Source of the DNA: Zygophlyctis sp. KS116
Taxonomy: Eukaryota > Fungi > Chytridiomycota
NCBI GenBank assembly: GCA_054661495.1
Contig: BAAFSQ010000067.1
Span: forward strand, 1 to 32,000
Direction of reading: 5' to 3'
DNA: 32,000 nt
The notes below the pieces were generated by a model, which did no database searches, had not been told where the DNA came from, and was given only the letters and a program-made list of their open reading frames with translations. The position numbers and the translations under genes are program-made. Positions 11,148 through 18,819 of the stretch are shown one piece after another (the stretch's first letter is position 1; every line of letters begins with the position of its first letter).

Positions 11148-12534
11148 ATGGGAATTAAAGATCGCTACATTCATCCCAAATCGGACATTCGAGATGCTCA
11201 TGATCGACTTTCCTCTCACCCATATTTTCTGAATTTTCAAGTCTCTATGGTAGATGATCAAGGTGCCTTGCATTATTTACGCTTTAGGAATGATTTGGAG
11301 TTGCAACGATGCAGGAGATCCGATTTCAATGGTATGTCAATCACATTTTTAAAAAAAGGATATAAATGGGACTTGGAATCCAGAACCACCAGCAAATAGT
11401 GGATTTATAACTTTATTTGAGGCAAGAGATGATATAAAGGCAATCATAAACGGTCATTCAAATTCACTTGAAAGTTTTGCATTGGTCAAAAGCGTTCCGA
11501 ATACAAAATCTTTGCATCAACTATATACAGTATGTGCTTTACCAGAATACATGCAAGGATCCGTGACTCTGCAAGCCTTTTATTTAGGATTACAGCAAAA
11601 GCTAAAAACCCCAGGCATAAAATGCATTTTAACGTCTGATGGTGTATATTGTGTAGGAAGGTCTCTTAAAGAAGCATTTGGTGTATTTGAAACTCTTGAT
11701 TTTACGGCACGAATGATTTTAAGATCATTAAGAATTGGAATACCATCTTCGTTAACAGATGTAATTCATTATTAATCAAAGTTTAGATTCAGCTGTTTCA
11801 ACATGAGGCTTTTTCAGGAATCAATCAAGAAAATGATGAAATGCATTTTCTGAGAACTGTTTCTTCTTTGGAAAAACAGTATCGTTTAGAAATAATTGAA
11901 TGTCTTGGAAAGTGCATTCAAAAATCTCTCATGTCATCTACCAATGGATCTATTTCATATCGTCTGACTGATAAATTGATTCTTATTACTCCATCTGGAT
12001 TTGATCGCTCAAAAATCGAGGTATTATACCAGAATTAAATTCTAGGCATGCGATATTCTTCTTGTCCAAAAAAATCTTGATAATTCTTATCATGTTCTAA
12101 ACTTTCTTGAAGATTCTAGAGACTCCATTCCCTCAAGAGCTTTAAAAAGTCATTTTGCAATTTATGCTCGTCATGGAGAGGTTAACTCGATAATCTCGTC
12201 TCATCCTTTAAACATTGCCACATTATGTTCAGTAAGAGTTGGAATCGAATCTGTATATTTGCCATTACCATTCTCAAATCTCTCTCGTGTCTTTCCTTTA
12301 GACTATGATTCTTGTTTATGTCCGGATTTTGTAGCAACTCGCTTCGATAAGCCTCTTGTAGGCTCTATAAATTCTCTTTTAATTGCTCATGATGGTGCAA
12401 TTATTATAGGGAAATCATTAAAAGAAGCATATGATAGATTACAGATTCTTGAAAGTGCATGTTCTATAGCCATTGATGCATATTCACTTGGCTGCAGAGA
12501 AGAACTTTTCTTGACACAGAAAACAAATTCATAA
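11148..12534 (+). CDS. Tandem two-domain class II aldolase/adducin-family protein (bacterial FucA-like double-domain type) with degenerate active sites, ~427 aa
   Basis: Introns 11263-11287, 11332-11358, 11761-11786 and 12021-12045 give one frame. Motifs: HPKSDI, DDQGMIW, EARDDIKAIINGH, GRSLKEAFGVFETLDFTAR, SSTNGSISYRL..ILITPSGFDR, PSRA..HFAIY.RH.EVNSI..SHP, HDGAIIIGKSLKEAYDRL. Confidence 0.8.
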
Positions 12535-12602
12535 ATTCCCCTGACCAAAGTGGCCCCTGATCAGTTGGAGACCTGTTCTATATTAAATCTTTAAAAATTA
12601 GA

Positions 12603-12975
12603 ATGTTTGCTGAATCTTTAATTGACCTTTGTGCTCTTGCATTTTATAAACCAAAAGACTATTCAAGTCAACTTTATCCTGATCTTGAAATTCCTGAATC
12701 GCAAGTCTCTGATTCCATAGACTCAATCTTTAACTGTGCAATCTGTATAAAAGGCCCTGTAAATTTAGTTTTACTACCTTGCTTCCATATTTGTGCTTGT
12801 TCTAATTGCTTGTTAAAGCTTAAAGGTAATAATAGAAAACTCAAAAATAGTCAATAAAGTATTAAAATGCCCAATTTGTAGACAAAAAGTAGAAAAATGC
12901 TCAAGATTCTACTTTGCGGCAGATATAAATCAAAATTTATTAACTAAAAGGTCTCAGAAGGAAGGCAACAGATGA
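12603..12975 (+). CDS. Small C3HC4 RING finger protein, ~115 aa
   Basis: CAIC...LLPCFHICACSNC...KCPICRQKV. The final CPIC is supplied after a 25-nt intron at 12826-12850; stop TGA at 12973-12975. Confidence 0.8.
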
Positions 12976-13099
12976 TTTTAATCAACATTATTGTTTAGAA
13001 AGACACGATTATCTGATTCATCATTGACCTTTTTTTTTAACTTCATTCCTAACCACTAATTTCTTTTATACTTGGGTAAAAAGACCTAACCCTGCATAA

Positions 13100-13669
13100 T
13101 TACCAAAAAGACTCCAAAGAGTTCCAAGAGAGCCATGATTTTCTCTCTGATCTTTTTTTACCCTTTTCTACAATTGAATCATCCTTCATTCTTAAGAAAA
13201 ATATTGCTGTTTGATGATTAATGACACGTCGAATACTGATCCATCCAAAAATAATTTCAGGAATGATCAAAATTAGATATACAATATTTAGAGCGATTTC
13301 AATAGGAAAAGCAAATCCTGATCCAGTAAAAGGTTGTAATAATATGAAATAAAATGCAACAATCAATTGAGGAAATAATGAAAATATAAATAGTCCAGAG
13401 AGCTCAGAGACTCTTTCCTCAAGATTTCCAGAGAATCCAGAACGAAGTCTTATAGGTTCTATTAGAATCCAGACTATATACATAAATGCCATGAGCGCAG
13501 TATGAAAAAGTGAACAATTAAAGTATTTAATCTATATTTTAGATACTATGAATACCTTTGTGACCACTGCTAGACCCATGCCTATAGCATATACTGGAAA
13601 ATACCATAATGAACAATTTATGAGAATTTGTAGAGGAAGAGAGCTTGATATTTCCAGTTCCTTTGTCAT
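13100..13669 (-). CDS. TMEM17: Ciliary transition-zone membrane protein of the TMEM17/TMEM216 family, >=181 aa
   Basis: SSLPLQIL...WYFP, IEPIRLRSGFSGNLEERVSELSG..IFSLFPQL, PIEIALNIV, QTAIFF. 24-nt intron at 13532-13555. The frame stays open ~30 codons upstream of ATG 13669, so the true start may be further 5'. Confidence 0.8.
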
Positions 13670-13864
13670 TTCGGACACGATCAAGGATTTTCGGGTTAAA
13701 AATGTCCCGTAAAAAGTGCCATAAACGTTTCTTTCAGTAGATCGACAGCATTTAGCAGCCTTAAATTACAATGCATACATATTTTCAGAGTTGTAAGATT
13801 TAATGCAATCATCAATTCACCCTAACTTGTATCTTGCAGCTAGTACTAACCATTAGAATCAACA

Positions 13865-14707
13865 ATGGAGATGTAAGCATATTTTGTAAACATTAGACAT
13901 CCACTAGTCCTTTTCCAGCTGTCGGATGCATATGCCAGATCATTATCTACTCCTCTCTTTGGGATTCTCTTGGGAAAGTTTGATTCTACAATAGAAATTG
14001 TGTCTAGTTTTGAAATCGTTCAAGAGGAATTATCGGCAAATTCAGAATTCTTATTAAACCGATTCCAATTGTCAAAACAGGTATCTCCATCCTTGGAAAT
14101 TGTCGGATGGTACTCTATAGATTCTCAAATTACTGGATACTCTGCAATTCACAAGGCGGTAAATTAGATTATTAATTATAGTTGTTTGGAGTCGAGCCAG
14201 GACTCTTTTTACTCTTTAATCCTTTTGAATCTAGTTCAGAATTACCAATCAAGGTATTTCGGTTACATGATCAATTTGATCAAGAAGTACCTTTTTCTGT
14301 AAAAATCAATAATATTCAAAGGATTGGTATGGAATCTGTCGCTAAAAGTACAAGTAATAGCCAAGAAAACTGGTGTATTTTTTTTAAAAAAATTCTAAAT
14401 AATAGTAGCTCCACAACTAGTATCTCAAGTAAATGCGCTAAAAATGCTTTCAAATCAGTTAAATATTCTTACAAGATACTTGATTGATGTACAAAACGAG
14501 AAATTACCCTCTGATTTAGATTTATTACGTGAAATTAAAGGATTTTTAAATAGTTTGTCTAGAGAAATGATTGATACGACTCAAGACTACTTGTTAAATG
14601 AACAAGACAATATAAAATTGATGAATTTCTGGTCTGTTGCTTTCAAGAGCTCACAAATGATGAATGGTGTAATTTCTAAAAAATTAAATTTAAATTATAG
14701 GCAATAG
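13865..14707 (+). CDS. CSN6: COP9 signalosome subunit 6 (inactive MPN domain), ~254 aa
   Basis: MEIHPLVLFQLSDAYAR, GILLGK, IEIVSSFE, KQVSPSLEIVGWYS, PGLFLLFNP, LPIKVF, QRIGMESVAK, SQVNALKML, DLLREI. Introns 13873-13896, 14159-14181 and 14375-14405. Confidence 0.8.
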
Positions 14708-14751
14708 AAAAATTTCAGACTAGTTGGTTTTCTAAAGACCGGAAAAAAAGT

Positions 14752-15552
14752 TTATCTAGTCTCTAATTTTTGTTTTTTCCTGATTTCATCTTGCATTATT
14801 TGTTCTAGAGCAGTCATTTTCCTAGATTTTCCATCATCTTTACTACTTCCTTCTAAATCTCTACTTGAATCAAGTTTAGAACCTGTAGAGGATCCAAAAG
14901 AATTTAATTTTTTAGACTCTAGTCTTCTTTTTCCTAGAGAAATTGAATTAAATGAAATTTTCCCATCAGATTCCCTTTTTAATTCTGTTGGAACACTAGA
15001 CTCTGGTACAGTTAAAGTTGCAGCTTTACTCATAATTTCTTGTAAAACTGCCTCATCCCTCTCTTGATCTGTTCTATCTGCCTTTAATTTTCTAGTCTCT
15101 TTTTCCTTTTGTAATTTATCTTGTAAATTATTATCAATCCAAGTCAAAAATATTCCCTTGTCTGTTTCTTCAACTTTTGCAATTCCATTTCTATCCAAAT
15201 AAAAGCAAAATTCCCTTAGACCGCCCCATCTAGTCCCTGATAAGTGGATATGACTCTTATCAGCAATGTATTCCTGATAGACTAAATTTGAATGTACTCT
15301 ATTTGTAGAATGCCTATGAGCTAGAATTCTAATGAATCCAGAAGAGAATATTTGAGAATTTGAAGCAATAATTGATCCCTTGTGTTGAGAGAAATGCTTC
15401 ATATTCTTCATATGTGACTCTGACAGACAATGATTCTTGAAACCATTATCATCTCTACATTGCTTCTTACACATTTCACAGTACCATTTTAGTTTCTGAA
15501 GGCCAGCGGCTTTAATCTTTTTAGCGACGGCCTTGTAAGTTGCGTCTCTCAT
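14752..15552 (-). CDS. KIN17: KIN17/Rts2 zinc-finger DNA/RNA-binding protein, 266 aa, intronless
   Basis: KAAGLQKLKWYCEMCKKQCRDDNGFKNHCLSESH, RVHSNLVYQEYIADKSHIHL..TRW, EETDKGIFLTWID. Start placed at ATG 15552 because the longer ORF extension runs through the promoter repeat. Confidence 0.93.
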   Translation of the reverse strand: MRDATYKAVAKKIKAAGLQKLKWYCEMCKKQCRDDNGFKNHCLSESHMKNMKHFSQHKGSIIASNSQIFSSGFIRILAHRHSTNRVHSNLVYQEYIADKSHIHLSGTRWGGLREFCFYLDRNGIAKVEETDKGIFLTWIDNNLQDKLQKEKETRKLKADRTDQERDEAVLQEIMSKAATLTVPESSVPTELKRESDGKISFNSISLGKRRLESKKLNSFGSSTGSKLDSSRDLEGSSKDDGKSRKMTALEQIMQDEIRKKQKLETR

Positions 15553-15564
15553 TTGAAAATTTTT

Positions 15565-15641
15565 ACCGTTGAGCGACCGTTTTGTGACCGTTTTGTGACC
15601 GTTGAGCGACCGTGGGTCCGTGGGTCTGTGGGTCCGTGGCG
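15565..15641. repeat. GC-rich short tandem array in the KIN17/Nup49-like divergent intergenic region
   Basis: Four 11-mers in A-B-B-A order (ACCGTTGAGCG, ACCGTTTTGTG, ACCGTTTTGTG, ACCGTTGAGCG; 15565-15608), then four 8-mers CCGTGGGT, CCGTGGGT, CTGTGGGT, CCGTGGCG (15610-15641). Confidence 0.9.
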
Positions 15642-15656
15642 AGAAATGACACGCGT
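15638..15656. promoter_or_regulatory. Candidate G1/S elements: MCB (ACGCGT) and a near-E2F site
   Basis: ACGCGT at 15651-15656. GCGAGAAA at 15639-15646 is one mismatch from the E2F consensus GCGSSAAA. Motif match only. Confidence 0.3.
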
Positions 15657-15697
15657 CCAGGCTACACAAGTGTTGGGCTAGTGTACAGAAAAGAGAA

Positions 15698-16345
15698 ATG
15701 CAATACAATCAACTGGCTCCTCCTCTCAAGGACAAGATAAACCAAGTTGAGAAATTTATAAAATCTCAAATACAATTACAAGAGTCTTTAGAAGGAATAG
15801 ATTTAGACAAGAAATTCAAGGAAATAAATTTACAAGTCTTGGAAAATAAACTTGCTGTTGCAACTCTCTCTGTTGAAAAAGACTTTTATAGGATAAATAA
15901 GCTCAATTTGCGTGTAAATAAGGAATTGAGAAACTCTGATTTAATTTCTCGATACTTGAGTTTAGGAGGTAAAACTAATCAGGATGGATTTTTTAATTAT
16001 TTTACTAGTTTAACAAGGGAATTAGAGACTAGAATTGTTGATTTAAAAAACAAATTGGATGAATTAGAGTTGTGTTGTAGGTCAAAAAGGGACTTAGGGT
16101 CACCCCTAGTAATTCAAGATACAATTATTAGACAAAATGAAGTCTTGTGTTCAATGGCAAATTTAGTGTCTAATTTACATGATCAGATTTCAAAATGTAA
16201 AAGAGAATTTTTGGAATTTTCTAAAAAATATTCAATTCAAGAAGCATCAAGATATTTACCATTATTGGAAAATTCAATAGGGAATAATGGAGTCAAGAGT
16301 AAAGAAAGTCTATCTGATATTGCTGCTAATTTGATTCCAACTTGA
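15698..16345 (+). CDS. Nucleoporin Nup49/Nup58-like coiled-coil protein lacking FG repeats, 215 aa, intronless
   Basis: YNQLAPPLKDKINQVEKFIKSQ, NYFTSLTRELETRIVDLKNKLDELE and MANLVSNLHDQISKCKREFL follow the recalled Nup49/Nup58 helical-core pattern. Confidence 0.6.
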   Translation: MQYNQLAPPLKDKINQVEKFIKSQIQLQESLEGIDLDKKFKEINLQVLENKLAVATLSVEKDFYRINKLNLRVNKELRNSDLISRYLSLGGKTNQDGFFNYFTSLTRELETRIVDLKNKLDELELCCRSKRDLGSPLVIQDTIIRQNEVLCSMANLVSNLHDQISKCKREFLEFSKKYSIQEASRYLPLLENSIGNNGVKSKESLSDIAANLIPT

Positions 16346-16372
16346 TTTTTTAAAATTATTAAATGACCTTGC

Positions 16373-16412
16373 ACCGCACAACCGTAAATAACTAAAACCG
16401 CACAACTAAAAC
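16373..16412. repeat. Short direct repeats upstream of DNAJC8
   Basis: ACCGCACAAC at 16373-16382 and 16397-16406; AACTAAAAC at 16390-16398 and 16404-16412. Confidence 0.7.
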
Positions 16413-16438
16413 GTCATTTTTGTCGTTAAAATTTGAAA

Positions 16439-17080
16439 ATGTCTGATGATGATTTTGACATTGAAAAGTTTCTAAGGGAAGAGTCAAGCGCTTTTAACCA
16501 AGAAAAGGAAGTCAAGCGCATCATAGAATTAGAAGAAACTTCAAAGAATCCTTTTGAAATTCTAAATGTAGATCCTAAAATTTGGACAAATCCGCCAGGC
16601 TCTGCTCTGCACATTCATGAATGGTTTGACCCGGCTCTCATTAAGAAACTGTTTAGAGAGAAATCTTTACTAGTACATCCTGATAAATGCTCTCTAGAAA
16701 AAGCACCAGAAGCTTTTCAGTTGTTGAAAAAAGCTCATACTCAACTTACAAATCCAGAGATTGTCAAGGAATTGTATCATTATACCAGAGATGCTATTTA
16801 TCTTGTAAAATCAAAGGATAAATCTCCAATTGCGGATATTATACTCACTGTACGGAGACTCATCAAGGATGTAAATGATAGAATTCAGTTGAGAATCAAA
16901 AATACAGAAGAAAGAGATGTAGAACAAGTAGTAAAACAAGTGGATGATTTAATTAAAGTTGCAAAGCAAGAAAAGGAATGGGCTGCAACAAGAGAAAAAA
17001 GAGTTGGGTCTTGGAGAGATTGGCAGACAAAAGGTCCTAAAAAGAAAAAAGTAAAGAGGAATTTAGGAGTCTTGGGTTGA
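16439..17080 (+). CDS. DNAJC8: J-domain co-chaperone DNAJC8/Spf31, 213 aa, intronless
   Basis: EVKRII, NPFEIL, KSLLVHPDKC (HPD motif), APEAFQLLKKA, EWAATREKRVGSWRDWQ, basic tail ending VLG. Confidence 0.9.
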   Translation: MSDDDFDIEKFLREESSAFNQEKEVKRIIELEETSKNPFEILNVDPKIWTNPPGSALHIHEWFDPALIKKLFREKSLLVHPDKCSLEKAPEAFQLLKKAHTQLTNPEIVKELYHYTRDAIYLVKSKDKSPIADIILTVRRLIKDVNDRIQLRIKNTEERDVEQVVKQVDDLIKVAKQEKEWAATREKRVGSWRDWQTKGPKKKKVKRNLGVLG

Positions 17081-17141
17081 ATATTCTATATAAAAGTTTT
17101 TTAAAAAGTTAAGATTTCCTGAGGACGTTTTATTTCAGAGA

Positions 17142-18388
17142 ATGGTGTACCTGTTCTTGTGTATGATTGTCGCTATGATTTATGGCAATTTGGATCAATT
17201 CGATTGGATTTCAAAATCAGTCTCATCTGAAGAAATGGTAAAGATGTATCATGACTATAAGCCAAATGATGATTTTCCAAAATCTAGAAATTTCAACACT
17301 TCATATGTTCTCGCATATGTGACTCCATGGAATGGAAAAGGTACATTTGAACTTTTAAATTAAGGCTATGATATTGCAAAAGAATTTAGAGGTATATTAC
17401 GTTATTAAGGCCGAGGAAAGTTTACACATATTAGTCCCGTTTGGCTGAATTTAGAGCCCGATGATGCCAGTATATTTAAGATCACTGGGACACATGATAT
17501 AGATGTAGGATGGATGGATCAAGTCAGGCAGGATAATGATGCTCTAATTGTTCCAAGGCTAATATTCTCAAAAATGGCAACCAATCATTACATTTCACTA
17601 ATTCAAAATGAAACTTTGTCGCTGGCAGTGGTTGAATTAATTATAAAGAATTTAAAGCATTACAAGTTTGATGGTGTGGTTCTAGAGGTTGGTAAGTTTA
17701 GAAATGTCGTGATCTAAAGGAGTTCCTATACGATATTTGCAGAATTTCATTAAATTCTTATCTAAAGAATTGAAATCTTTATCTAAAAGAATGCAAATAT
17801 TTCTTGTTATTCCTCCATATCATACGTATCATCAAGAAGAATTGGTTTCTGAAAATGATTTGAAACTAATCATTGATTTTATAGATGGGTTAAGCTTGAT
17901 GACATATGATTACACAGCATCTTCTCTCGGTGGTCCAAATGCGCCTATTCAATGGATTTCTGATAATGGTAATGGTTTGTGATTTTTCCTAAATATAGTT
18001 GCAAGATTGGATCCGCATGAACTTTACAGGTCAAAGATATTAATGGGTATGAATCTATATGGATACGATTATTCAAAATCTAATGGTAGACAGGATATTG
18101 TAGGCAGTACATTTGTCGACATCATCAAGGAAAACTCGGTAACTATAACATGGTCCGAATCTGATGGCGAAGTAATTAAGATTTTTTTACTAAATAATTC
18201 AGCATTTTTTCGAGTATCAAACGCAAGGGGATAGTCATAATTTGTATTATCCCACTTTGCCGGTAATTCAAATTGATATGAACATATAGTCGTTGAATGA
18301 AAGAATTAACTTGGCTCAAAAAATGGGAACTGGTCTTAGCTTGTGGGAAATCGGACAAGGCCAAAATATGTTTTATGAGCTGCTTTAG
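17142..18388 (+). CDS. CHID1: Chitinase domain-containing protein 1 (GH18-like, non-catalytic), ~360 aa, 6 introns
   Basis: Signal-like N-terminus, [104 protein letters not shown]. Introns 17341-17364, 17392-17415, 17692-17719, 17969(or 17975)-17998, 18172-18202, 18263-18289. Confidence 0.92.
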
Positions 18389-18399
18389 TTACAGAGTTT

Positions 18400-18747
18400 T
18401 TATTTGGATGGGTCAACAATTCCAAGAATTTTTTCAAGAGTATTATCTCCAAAAATGTGTTTAATTTGATCTTGCAGCTCCCCTTTCAGAAAATCATCAT
18501 ATGAAAACGATAAATTCGAAGGATTAGTAGTTCCATCTCTAGTCCAGGTTTGAGACATTCTCTTTTTTGGCCATGTTCTAAGAATCACATCTGATTTTGT
18601 CACAACAACTTGATGATACCTAAAGATTTAGATCAAGATCCAAACCTACGATTGCGAAGGTGCAGGTGCTTCAGCCTGTTTCTCGAATAATGATTCGTAT
18701 GATTTTTTCACTTCTGTAGGCTCATCTGTCTTTGTATTTGTTCCCAT
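18400..18747 (-). CDS. FBXO36 N-terminal-domain-like protein without an F-box, ~105 aa
   Basis: After a 30-nt intron (18620-18649) the protein reads LFEKQAEAPAPSQSYHQVVVTKSDVILRTW...SYDDFLKGELQDQIKHIFGDNTLEKIL. This parallels the recalled metazoan FBXO36 N-terminus (LFE...PPPSKDYYQLLVTRSQVIFRWW...EDFL...LQ.Q...IFG). Confidence 0.7.
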
Positions 18748-18819
18748 ACTAGTATGTCCGGAAGTTTTGAGAAACTAAAGTTTAAGTTCCGAACTGCTGC
18801 ACGCGAAGCCTATTAGAAA

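Noticed and set aside
15565-15641. Repeat array as CRISPR or telomere seed
   Set aside because: No spacers, units are 8-11 nt, the context is eukaryotic and there are no cas genes. The units are heterogeneous and internal.
15553-15708. N-terminal extension of KIN17 in the ORF track
   Set aside because: It merely translates the promoter repeat and overlaps the next gene; KIN17 similarity begins at ATG 15552.
16568-16598. Possible hidden intron explaining the insertion in the DNAJC8 J-domain
   Set aside because: The GT..AG candidate is 31 nt, would break the frame, and is more GC-rich than the real introns. More likely a genuine loop insertion.
17660-17690. Degenerate chitinase catalytic motif (FDGVVLE)
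   Set aside because: Normal for the CHID1 subfamily; not novel.
8132-18747. Apparent ubiquitin-system cluster (UBA protein, RING, CSN6, FBXO36-like)
   Set aside because: The genes are interspersed with unrelated ones and ubiquitin-related genes are common, so chance is sufficient.
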